Shown here one piece after another: positions 43,164-51,596 of a stretch of 64,000 bases of DNA (position 1 is the first letter of the stretch; each line of letters opens with the position of its first letter). The stretch covers positions 178 through 64,177 of the forward strand of contig JAWLGC010000005.1 of assembly GCA_041685265.1 (NCBI GenBank), in the 5' to 3' direction. Under the pieces are notes generated by a model. The model had not been told where the DNA came from. It saw only the letters and a program-made list of their open reading frames with translations, and made no database searches. The translations under genes and the position numbers were made by a program. The DNA comes from Desulfomicrobiaceae bacterium (GTDB lineage Bacteria; Desulfobacterota; Desulfovibrionia; Desulfovibrionales; Desulfomicrobiaceae).

Positions 43164-45347
43164 ATGAGTGGAATCAAAGCCCGTCTGGACGCAATTTCTG
43201 CCGTAACCAACTACGCGCCCGTGGAAAAGCCCCTGGATTTCTCCAAATCCGCTGCAACGAAACTGTTCGGCTGCAATGTCTTCAACTCCTCGGTAATGAA
43301 GGCCAGACTGCCCAAGGCCGTTTACAAATCCGTCATGAAGACTATCGAGAGCGGGCAACGCCTGGACCCGTCCGTCGCCGATGTGGTCGCCGCGGCCATG
43401 AAGGACTGGGCCATCGAAAAGGGTGCCACCCACTTCACCCATGTTTTCTATCCCCTGACCGGGCTGACCGCTGAAAAACACGACAGCTTCCTGACCCCGG
43501 ACGACAAGGGCGGGGCCATGGCCGAATTTTCCGGGCAGACCCTGATCCAGGGAGAGCCCGATGCCTCGAGCTTCCCCAACGGCGGCATCCGAGCCACCTT
43601 CGAAGCCCGCGGCTACACCGCCTGGGAAGTGACCAGCCCGGCCTATATTCTGGAAACCCCCACCGGAGCCACCCTGTGCATCCCCACCGCGTTCATTTCC
43701 TGGACCGGTGAAGCTCTTGACAAAAAGACCCCGCTGCTGCGGGCCCAGCAGGCCCTGAACATCCAGGTCCAGCGCGCTCTCAAACTCTTCGGGCATGACG
43801 AGATTGCCAAAGTCTCGGCCAGTGCCGGTGCCGAACAGGAATACTTTCTGGTGGACCGTCATTTCTTCTTCAGCCGTCCGGACCTGCTCCACTGCGGCCG
43901 GACCCTGTTCGGAGCCAAGCCGCCCAAAGGGCAGGAGTTCGACGATCACTATTTCGGCGTCATCCCCGAACGGGTCATGGGCTTCATGCTCGAGGCCGAA
44001 CGGGAACTGTACAAGCTGGGTATTCCGGTCAAAACCCGACACAACGAGGTTGCCCCGGGGCAGTTCGAAATCGCGCCCATCTATGAAAGTGCCAACCTGG
44101 CCCACGACCATCAGCAATTGATCATGGGGATCCTCAAGCGAGTGGCCAAGCGGCACGGCATGGCCTGCCTGCTGCACGAAAAGCCGTTTGCCGGCATTAA
44201 CGGATCAGGCAAGCATCTCAACTTCTCCTTTGGCAACGCCACTCAGGGCAACCTTTTGGATCCTGGTGACACCCCGAGCAAGAACGCCCAGTTCCTGGTA
44301 TTCTGCACCGCAGTCATCCGGGCCGTCTCCAAGTACGCCCCCCTGCTGCGTTCCGTGGTGGCCACGGCCAGCAACGACCATCGACTGGGAGCCAACGAGG
44401 CCCCGCCGGCCATCATGTCCATCTTCCTGGGTGAAGAGCTGACCGAGGTCTTCGAGCAGGTCAAGAAGGGAGCCACTGCCGCTGTCCGGGACAAGGAAAC
44501 CCTGACCGTGGGCGTGGACACCCTGCCCCCTCTGCCCCGGGACACCGGCGACCGGAACCGGACCTCCCCCTTCGCCTTCACCCAGAACCGTTTCGAGTTC
44601 CGGGCCGTGGGTTCAAGTCAGTCCATCTCCGGCCCCACTGTGGCCCTGTCCACCATTGTCGCCGAATCCATCGACTACATCGTCACCAAGCTTGAAGCAG
44701 CCGTGGCCAAGGATCCGGCCAGCCTGAACAAAGCGGTCCAGACGATCATCAAAGAAGTTCTGGACGAGCACGGCCAGGTCATCTTCAACGGTGACGGCTA
44801 TTCCGACGAATGGCAGGAAGAGGCCGCACGCCGCGGTCTGGCCAATCTGCGGACCACTGCCGACGCCCTGCCGGCCATGAATACGCCCGAGGTGGCCGAG
44901 CTGTTCGAAAAGTACCAGGTCCTGTCCAAGCGGGAGCTGGACAGCCGGGCCGAGATCTATCTCGAGCAGTACTCCCTGGCCATCCAGGTGGAAGCCAACC
45001 TGGTGGTCAAAATGGCCAAAACCGTCATCTACCCCGCGGCAGTCAAATACCAGAAGATGCTGGCCGAGACCTGCGTGGCCCTGAAGACCATCGGCCTTGA
45101 GTACCAGACCAGGGGACTGGAAGAACTGACCGCCACCCGTCGCGCCCTGCAGAATGCCGTGGAAGACCTCAAGGCCCTGCTGGCCGCCAAGGAAGAGACC
45201 GATCCCGTGGCCGAAGCACGGTTCTACTGCGACAAGGTCCTCCCGGCCATGCTCGAAGTACGCACGTACGCCGACGAACTGGAAGGCATCGTGGACGATT
45301 CCCTGTGGGCCCTGCCCAGCTACCAGGAAATGCTGTTCATCAAGTAA
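43164..45347 (+). CDS. glnN: Glutamine synthetase type III
   Basis: 727 aa. '[10 protein letters not shown]', '[10 protein letters not shown]', and a length typical of GSIII. Confidence 0.9.
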   Translation: MSGIKARLDAISAVTNYAPVEKPLDFSKSAATKLFGCNVFNSSVMKARLPKAVYKSVMKTIESGQRLDPSVADVVAAAMKDWAIEKGATHFTHVFYPLTGLTAEKHDSFLTPDDKGGAMAEFSGQTLIQGEPDASSFPNGGIRATFEARGYTAWEVTSPAYILETPTGATLCIPTAFISWTGEALDKKTPLLRAQQALNIQVQRALKLFGHDEIAKVSASAGAEQEYFLVDRHFFFSRPDLLHCGRTLFGAKPPKGQEFDDHYFGVIPERVMGFMLEAERELYKLGIPVKTRHNEVAPGQFEIAPIYESANLAHDHQQLIMGILKRVAKRHGMACLLHEKPFAGINGSGKHLNFSFGNATQGNLLDPGDTPSKNAQFLVFCTAVIRAVSKYAPLLRSVVATASNDHRLGANEAPPAIMSIFLGEELTEVFEQVKKGATAAVRDKETLTVGVDTLPPLPRDTGDRNRTSPFAFTQNRFEFRAVGSSQSISGPTVALSTIVAESIDYIVTKLEAAVAKDPASLNKAVQTIIKEVLDEHGQVIFNGDGYSDEWQEEAARRGLANLRTTADALPAMNTPEVAELFEKYQVLSKRELDSRAEIYLEQYSLAIQVEANLVVKMAKTVIYPAAVKYQKMLAETCVALKTIGLEYQTRGLEELTATRRALQNAVEDLKALLAAKEETDPVAEARFYCDKVLPAMLEVRTYADELEGIVDDSLWALPSYQEMLFIK

Positions 45348-45400
45348 TACTCCATTATATCACTCCGCGGCGGCCGGCCACCGGCCGCCATTTCCTCTGC

Positions 45401-45440
45401 GGCCTGTCCGGTTTTCCTGTTCACCGGACAGGCCTTTTTT
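45401..45440 (+). terminator. Rho-independent terminator after glnN
   Basis: GGCCTGTCCGGT tttcctgttc ACCGGACAGGCC followed by TTTTTT. A second hairpin, GGCGGCCGG cca CCGGCCGCC, lies at 45369..45389. Confidence 0.85.
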
Positions 45441-45545
45441 GTTGGTTTTTGGTTTCCGGTTTTTCGTTTCTGGTTGTTGGTTTCTGGTTTCCGGCATGTG
45501 CCTTCCTCGCTCCTGCTAAAAACCAGAAACGAAAAACCGGAAACC
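45441..45545. repeat. Heptad-periodic array (nnYnGTT x7-8) forming a perfect 25-bp inverted repeat
   Basis: gttggtt tttggtt tccggtt tttcgtt tctggtt gttggtt tctggtt. The arm 45451..45475 is the exact reverse complement of 45521..45545, with a 45-nt loop. Confidence 0.9.
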
Positions 45546-45666
45546 TTCCCCGGCAACTTGCAAAACATTGCAGAGCCTTGTACCCAATACAGACAAAGAA
45601 TCCAGCCCGCACCCGGCCACATGGTGCGGCACCGGTGTCACTCACTCAACTGAACGAGGAACCACT

Positions 45667-46221
45667 ATGCTCAACCCCAAGGACTGCATCCTCTACAGCG
45701 GCGGCGCCCAGGGCGCTGAACAGGAATTCGGCAAACAGGCAGAAGCGTACGGCATCCAGGAGGTGAATTACTCCTTTGACGGACACAAGATCGAACGCAC
45801 CCGGGGCATGCGGGTTCTGACCTCGGAAGAGCTGGCTCTCAAGGATGTCAGCCTGACCTATGTCTCCAAACTCATGAACCGGACCTTTTCCCGGGCCCCC
45901 ATCTTTCGCAAGGTTCTTCAGTCCATCTGCTGGCAGGTCAGCGGCGGCCACGAGGTGTTCGTCATCGGCACCATCCAGGAGGATGACACGGTCAAGGGAG
46001 GCACAGGCTGGGGCGCGGAATACGCTAAAATCTGCAACAAGCCCCTGTACGTATTCGGTCAGAAACGCAACGGCTGGTACAAATGGGAAAAGCAGCAATG
46101 GATCGAGGTGGCCCCGCCGGTCATCTCCCACCGCCATTTCTCCTGTACCGGCACCAGGTTTTTGGAGGACAACGGGAGACAGGCCATCGCAAGCCTGTTT
46201 GAGCGATCCTTCGGAAAATAA
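45667..46221 (+). CDS. Hypothetical protein, possibly a Rossmann-like SLOG/LOG/DprA-type nucleotide-binding fold
   Basis: ORF 45568..46221, trimmed to MLNPKD after GAGGAA. 'ILYSGGAQGAEQEFG' and 'VFVIGT...GGTGWGAEYA' resemble SLOG-type glycine-rich loops. The assignment is tentative. Confidence 0.5.
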   Translation: MLNPKDCILYSGGAQGAEQEFGKQAEAYGIQEVNYSFDGHKIERTRGMRVLTSEELALKDVSLTYVSKLMNRTFSRAPIFRKVLQSICWQVSGGHEVFVIGTIQEDDTVKGGTGWGAEYAKICNKPLYVFGQKRNGWYKWEKQQWIEVAPPVISHRHFSCTGTRFLEDNGRQAIASLFERSFGK

Positions 46222-46267
46222 AATAATACAGGGAGGATGCCTGCATAACGCCGGTCCCCACTCCAAC

Positions 46268-46306
46268 GAAAAAGGGCGAAAACCTGATCAGGTTTTCGCC
46301 CTTTTT
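46268..46306. terminator. Bidirectional rho-independent terminator between convergent genes
   Basis: A-run (AAAAA), then GGGCGAAAACC tgatca GGTTTTCGCCC, then T5. Confidence 0.85.
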
Positions 46307-46339
46307 AACTGGAAAGGAGAACAGCATGACACCGCCCCG

Positions 46340-47026
46340 TCATCCCCCCATGATCAGCGTGATGACCACCACGTACACCAGGGCCGGAAGCAGGGAACTG
46401 AGTCTGATCTGCTTGATACCCAGCAGAGTGATACCGATACCGAGAATAAGCACCCCGCCCGTGGCTGTAAGCTGGGCAATGAGCAGATCAGAGAACCAGG
46501 CCTGAAAAAATCCGGCCCCCAGTGTCAGGGCCCCCTGATAGAGCAGGACCGGAATAAAGGAAAACAGGACTCCGGTGCCGTAGCTGGAGGCCAGAGCTAT
46601 GGAAGCGAATCCGTCCAGGATGGACTTGGTGAACAAAATGGATCTGTCTCCGGTCAATCCTTCGGTGAAGGATCCGATAATGGCCATGGCCCCGATGCAA
46701 TAAATCAGGGAGGCGGTGATCAATCCGTCCGTGAACCGGACATTTTTGGACCGAATGGTCCGCTTCAGCCCGGAGGCGATCCGTTCGAACAGGTGCTCCA
46801 GGCCGAGGAGTTCACCAGTGATCCCCCCCAGCAAAACGGAACAGACCACAACCAGAGGATTTTCAACCTTCAAGGCCATCTGCATGCCGATCAGCAGCAC
46901 GCACAGGCCGAGACCCTGAAAGACCACGTCCCGGACCCGGTCCGGAAACCTGCTGTGCAGCCCTATCCCGACCAGACTGCCGACAATAATGGCCGCGGCA
47001 TTGACCAGTGACCCGACAGGAACCAT
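46340..47026 (-). CDS. DUF554-family membrane protein (YdfK/YqgA-like)
   Basis: ORF 46340..47038(-). 'MVPVGSLVNAAAIIVGSLVG'. Start at the Met with GGAGG 5 nt upstream. Confidence 0.7.
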   Translation of the reverse strand: MVPVGSLVNAAAIIVGSLVGIGLHSRFPDRVRDVVFQGLGLCVLLIGMQMALKVENPLVVVCSVLLGGITGELLGLEHLFERIASGLKRTIRSKNVRFTDGLITASLIYCIGAMAIIGSFTEGLTGDRSILFTKSILDGFASIALASSYGTGVLFSFIPVLLYQGALTLGAGFFQAWFSDLLIAQLTATGGVLILGIGITLLGIKQIRLSSLLPALVYVVVITLIMGG

Positions 47027-47105
47027 GCATACCTCCATTTACAAAAAATAAACGCCGGCAAAGGACGAATAGGGATGCATTACGTCCGGGGGCCGCTTTG
47101 ATTAA

Positions 47106-48839
47106 TCAATCCAGGCTGGCATATTGCTCCAGCTGCCGCTTGTAGGATTCGATGCCGGCCACCATACCCGTGGCGATCCGTCTCAGATAGGCATCGCTAC
47201 CGAGCCGCTTTGCCTCGGTCCTGTTGGTCAGATATCCGAGTTCCGCCAGCAGAGAAGGCATCTTGGCCCCGGTCAGGACATAAAAAAACGCCCCGCGCAC
47301 GCCGTGATCTTTTGCCGAACGGTACTTCCCACGCACCGAACGCAGGGTCGCGTCATGGACCAGGTTGGCCATCTCTTTGGATTCCTTGATCTTGGAATTG
47401 AGCATCAGGTCGGACAGGATAAACTGCATATCGCTGATCTTCTTGACCGTAACTCCGTTTTCCCGAGCCGCGACCCGGACCGCAGCTTTGGATGTGGCCA
47501 GGTTCAGATAATAAATCTCCAGCCCGCTTACGTCCCGATCCTTGTATGCGTTGCAATGCAGGGAGAGAAACAGATCCGCTCCCTTGGAGTTGGCCATGGC
47601 AGTGCGTTCATCAAGGGGAATGAACGTATCCGTGGTCCGGGTGTACAGAACCCTGTACCCTTTCTTTTCGAGCATCCCCCCGAGGATCCTGGCCATACGC
47701 AGATTGATGTCCTTTTCCAGTTTCCCGTTGGCCGTTGCCCCGGGGTCCTTTCCCCCATGTCCCGGATCGAGCATGACCGTCCGGATCTTGAGCCCCAGCT
47801 GCTCGATCAGGCTTCCGGTGAACTTCTTGTGTTCCCTGGTCACCTTGAGGGTCGGCGGTGTCACTCCGGTTGGAGAGGTCTGCTCTCCCTCGAAGGACTG
47901 CCCCGGCCTGGCGTAGACATCCACCACAATCCGATCCGGATTGGGCAGAGAAAAAACGCGGTAATCGCTGAGCTGGCCGATATCCAGCACCACCCGCGAA
48001 GAAGAGGCGGACCGTTTTCCGGTCCGAACCCGACGCAAAATCCCGTCGGCAACCAGATCCTCCGCGGGCACGTCCCCCCCAAGCCTGGTTCCGGCCAGAT
48101 CCACCACCAGACGATGCGGCGTTTTCAGCCTGGGATCGGGCTTAAGCAGCATATGGGAAAAATGCGGCTCCTGTTCCAGATCCAGAACGACCCGGGTGTA
48201 ATCGCTGCTGGTCCAGTGTCGAATGGCCAGCAGCTTCTGGACCCGTGCCCCGTCTTTCGAACTACCGGGAGGAGGAAGTGCGGCCCGCTTCCTATCCGCA
48301 GCGTCCTTCTTTGGTGCCGAAGCCCGGGCCGGATAACTGCCCTTGGCCTGATCCAGTTTTCGGAGATACTCCCTGGCCCTGGGTACCATATCCCCGTTCG
48401 GATGATCATGAACCACACGCAAAAAGGCCACGTAGGCCTGTTCCTTACGCTTCAACTGATCAAGAAGAACCTCTCCCTTTTTTAGGAGGGCGTCGTCGGC
48501 CCAGGAATGACTGGGAAATCTGGTTGCCACCCGCTGAAAATAATCCACCGCGTGCAGCCTGTCCGCATCCAGATAGGACCGCTTGCCCAGCTCCTGATAG
48601 ACCCGCCCCAGATAATAGAGGGCCTTGGGTGCATACGCCCCCCGGGGCGACTGGGTATAGGCTCGCTGGAACAGGGTCTTCAGGTCCAGCCAGTGAGAGC
48701 GGTACTTGGCCCTGCGCTCGTTCTTGACCAGGGAGTGAAATCCCTTCCACCCCTTTTGAAAGTCCCCGGCCGGAGAGGCATGCACCGACCCGACCAGGGA
48801 CACCATGACCAGAAAGGCGAGAATGATTCGATATACCAT
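47106..48839 (-). CDS. N-acetylmuramoyl-L-alanine amidase (AmiC-like) with an N-terminal TPR/YbgF-like domain and an AMIN domain
   Basis: Signal peptide. 'DPGHGGKDPGA', 'LSLHCNA', 'ELGYLTN'. Confidence 0.88.
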   Translation of the reverse strand: MVYRIILAFLVMVSLVGSVHASPAGDFQKGWKGFHSLVKNERRAKYRSHWLDLKTLFQRAYTQSPRGAYAPKALYYLGRVYQELGKRSYLDADRLHAVDYFQRVATRFPSHSWADDALLKKGEVLLDQLKRKEQAYVAFLRVVHDHPNGDMVPRAREYLRKLDQAKGSYPARASAPKKDAADRKRAALPPPGSSKDGARVQKLLAIRHWTSSDYTRVVLDLEQEPHFSHMLLKPDPRLKTPHRLVVDLAGTRLGGDVPAEDLVADGILRRVRTGKRSASSSRVVLDIGQLSDYRVFSLPNPDRIVVDVYARPGQSFEGEQTSPTGVTPPTLKVTREHKKFTGSLIEQLGLKIRTVMLDPGHGGKDPGATANGKLEKDINLRMARILGGMLEKKGYRVLYTRTTDTFIPLDERTAMANSKGADLFLSLHCNAYKDRDVSGLEIYYLNLATSKAAVRVAARENGVTVKKISDMQFILSDLMLNSKIKESKEMANLVHDATLRSVRGKYRSAKDHGVRGAFFYVLTGAKMPSLLAELGYLTNRTEAKRLGSDAYLRRIATGMVAGIESYKRQLEQYASLD

Positions 48840-48929
48840 GCGTTCGTCAGGGACCGTGTTGGTTGTGCTGCGTCGGCTGGTGCCGGACAGTGGCTCTCCC
48901 GGTCAGGAGAAAAACGGGAACGTGCAGAA

Positions 48930-50753
48930 TCATTCGACCGTCACACTCTTGGCCAGATTGCGGGGCTGATCCACATCCTTGCCCAGGTACACGGCCATCT
49001 CGTAGGCAAAAAGCTGCACCGCGGGCAGGACCAGAAAACAGGACAGAGGACCGCTCAGCCGGGAGAGCACCCAGGGATCATTCACCGTAAGATCAGTGCC
49101 GGAGTTGGTCAGGGCGATCACCCTGCCTCCCCGGGCCTGGACCTCCTGCAGGTTGGACTGCACCTTGGGCAGCAGCTCATCGTCCAGGGCCATGGCAAAG
49201 GTGGGGAAATTGGGATCGACCAGGGCAATGGGACCGTGCTTCATCTCGCCCGAGGCATACCCTTCGGCGTGGATGTAGGAAATCTCCTTGAGCTTCAATG
49301 CCCCTTCCAGGGCCAGAGGAAAATTCATGCCCCGCCCCAGGAAAAAGAAACTGCGGGCTTCGCTGTACTGTTGGCAGAGCTGCCGGGCCCGGTCCCGAAC
49401 CGCGGGCAGTTCCTTTTCCAGGAGCTCCGGCAGCAGGGCCAGGCTGGGCAGGATCTCTTTGGACGCCTCCGGGGACAGGGTGCCTTTGCGTCCCCCCCAG
49501 GAAAGCCCCAGCAGCAACAGCAGAACCAGCTGACTGCACATGGCCTTGGTGGAGGCCACACTGATCTCCGGCCCGGCCTGGGTGTAGATGACCCGATCCG
49601 ACTCCCGGGCGATGCTTGAGCCGACCACGTTGCACAGCCCGAGAATGGGCACATCCTGGTCCTTGGCGATCCTGATTCCGGCCAGAGTGTCCGCGGTCTC
49701 TCCGGACTGACTGATGGTCAGCACCAGATCACCGGATGAAAAGACCGGATCCCGGTACCTGAATTCCGAGGCGATCTCCACCTGAACCGGAATGCGGGCC
49801 CAGCTCTCAATAAGATATTTGGCCCACAGTCCGGCATGAAACGAGGTTCCGCAGGCCACGATGGTCAGTCGTTCGGGAATGTCCAGGCCCTCCAGTTCGG
49901 GCAGCACCACGCTGTTCCCGAAAGGATCAATGCGCCCGGTCAGGCAGTCCCGGATGACCTTGGGCTGCTCAAAAATCTCCTTGAGCATGAAATGCTTGTA
50001 GCCTTCCTTCTGGGCTGCCTGTACATCCCAGTCGATGCGCTGCGCCTCCTTGGCCACCGGGGCCAGCGTCGCACCATCATAAACGGCCCAGGAGTTGGCG
50101 TCCATCTCAACGACTTCTCCGTCCTCCAGAAAAACCACATCCCGGGTATAGGGCAGAAAGGCGGGAATGTCCGAGGCCACGAAATTTTCTCCGGTGCCCA
50201 CTCCGAGAAGCAGCGGGGAGGCCTGACGTCCGGCCCAGACCCGGCCTGGATGGTCCAGGGAGACAAGAGCAAAGGCATACGATCCGTCCACCAGAGCCAG
50301 AGCCCGGGACACGCACTCGAGAACCGAGCCGTCCCCGGCCAGTTCCCGGGACAGAAGCTGGACCAGAACCTCGGTGTCTGTCTCCGAGGAAAAGGTGTAC
50401 CCCTGTGATTGAAGCTCGCTCTTGAGCTCGGCATAATTCTCGATGATTCCGTTGTGCACCAGGGCCAAGCGCCCCGCCCCGTCCCGGTGCGGATGGGCGT
50501 TGCCTTCGGTGGGCAGTCCGTGGGTGGCCCACCGGGTGTGGCCGACCCCGGTCAGCGCCTGGGAACAGTCCTCCCGTTCCAGGGCGTTTTCCAGGGCGAT
50601 GAGCTTGCCCTGGGCCCGAATGACTTCCAGTTCCCCACGCTGCAAAAAGGCCACTCCGGCCGAATCATACCCGCGGTACTCAAGACGTTTCAATCCTTCT
50701 ATGATCAACGGCACGGCCGGTCTGTGCCCGGCATACCCGATAATTCCGCACAT
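48930..50753 (-). CDS. glmS: Glutamine--fructose-6-phosphate aminotransferase
   Basis: 'MCGIIGY', two SIS domains, and the C-terminal 'NLAKSVTVE'. Confidence 0.96.
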   Translation of the reverse strand: MCGIIGYAGHRPAVPLIIEGLKRLEYRGYDSAGVAFLQRGELEVIRAQGKLIALENALEREDCSQALTGVGHTRWATHGLPTEGNAHPHRDGAGRLALVHNGIIENYAELKSELQSQGYTFSSETDTEVLVQLLSRELAGDGSVLECVSRALALVDGSYAFALVSLDHPGRVWAGRQASPLLLGVGTGENFVASDIPAFLPYTRDVVFLEDGEVVEMDANSWAVYDGATLAPVAKEAQRIDWDVQAAQKEGYKHFMLKEIFEQPKVIRDCLTGRIDPFGNSVVLPELEGLDIPERLTIVACGTSFHAGLWAKYLIESWARIPVQVEIASEFRYRDPVFSSGDLVLTISQSGETADTLAGIRIAKDQDVPILGLCNVVGSSIARESDRVIYTQAGPEISVASTKAMCSQLVLLLLLGLSWGGRKGTLSPEASKEILPSLALLPELLEKELPAVRDRARQLCQQYSEARSFFFLGRGMNFPLALEGALKLKEISYIHAEGYASGEMKHGPIALVDPNFPTFAMALDDELLPKVQSNLQEVQARGGRVIALTNSGTDLTVNDPWVLSRLSGPLSCFLVLPAVQLFAYEMAVYLGKDVDQPRNLAKSVTVE

Positions 50754-50773
50754 CGGTTTCTCTCCTCAGATTG

Positions 50774-51388
50774 TTATTGCCCGGAACGGACCCAGAATCC
50801 GTCCCATTCCGCCATCAGTGAGCGCAACGCCCTGCCCCTGTGACTCCGGCCGTTCTTGACCTCCGGCGCCATCTGAGCCGCGGAGCACTGCAGCTCGTCA
50901 TCCCAGAAAACCGGGTCATATCCGAACCCGTTCTCACCCAGAGGCTCCCGGATGATCCGGCCTTCCCAGAATCCTTCCGCCACCAGAGTCGCCCCGTTGG
51001 GGGCGCAGGCGGCAATGACGCACATGAACCGGGCCGTGCGTCGGCTGTCCTCCACGCACTCCAGTTCGGCCAGAACCCTGGCCAGGTTGGAGTGGTCCGT
51101 GGCCCCTGCCCCGCTGTACCGGGCCGAGTAGACCCCGGGAGCTCCGCCCAGACCGTCCACGACCAACCCGGAATCATCGGCCACGGCCACCAGGCCCGTG
51201 GCCGCACACACGGCCCGGGCCTTGATCAGGGCATTCTCCTCAAAGGTCTCCCCGGTCTCGGGGATCTCCCCTATTTCCGGAAAATCCTTCAGCCCGAGCA
51301 CGGTCAGGTCCGGATGCGACGCCCTCAGCATTTCGGAAAGTTCCCGAATTTTTCCTTTATTTCCTGTTGCCAGCACGATTGTCGGCAT
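50774..51388 (-). CDS. rdgB: Non-canonical purine NTP pyrophosphatase (RdgB/HAM1)
   Basis: 'IVLATGNKGKIRE', 'FGYDPVF'. Start at MPTIV with AAGGAA 6 nt upstream. Confidence 0.9.
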   Translation of the reverse strand: MPTIVLATGNKGKIRELSEMLRASHPDLTVLGLKDFPEIGEIPETGETFEENALIKARAVCAATGLVAVADDSGLVVDGLGGAPGVYSARYSGAGATDHSNLARVLAELECVEDSRRTARFMCVIAACAPNGATLVAEGFWEGRIIREPLGENGFGYDPVFWDDELQCSAAQMAPEVKNGRSHRGRALRSLMAEWDGFWVRSGQ

Positions 51389-51470
51389 GATCGTTTCCTT
51401 CATATTTTTAATTCTAAGATTCTAGAATTGAAGACAAATTACAATTTTTCCGCTATGATATAAAATTTTC

Positions 51471-51595
51471 AGAATCCCAGAATCCCAGAATCCCAGAATC
51501 CCAAAATCCCAGAATCCCAGAATCCCAGAATCCCAGAATCCCAAAATCCCAGAATCCCAGAATCCCAGAATCCCAGAATCCCAGAATCCCAGAAT
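51471..51595. repeat. Octanucleotide tandem repeat AGAATCCC (15 full units plus 5 nt)
   Basis: Units 5 and 10 are AAAATCCC, which gives a 40-bp higher-order unit. The array abuts the kinase stop codon (51597) and lies about 80 nt upstream of rdgB. Confidence 0.97.
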
Positions 51596-51596
51596 A

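Noticed and set aside
47124-49619. Two long plus-strand ORFs (47124..48485 and 48507..49619)
   Set aside because: They are antisense to the amidase and glmS genes, both of which have diagnostic motifs on the minus strand.
51471-51595. Repeat array considered as a possible CRISPR
   Set aside because: The unit is only 8 nt and is directly tandem with no spacers. No cas genes are nearby.
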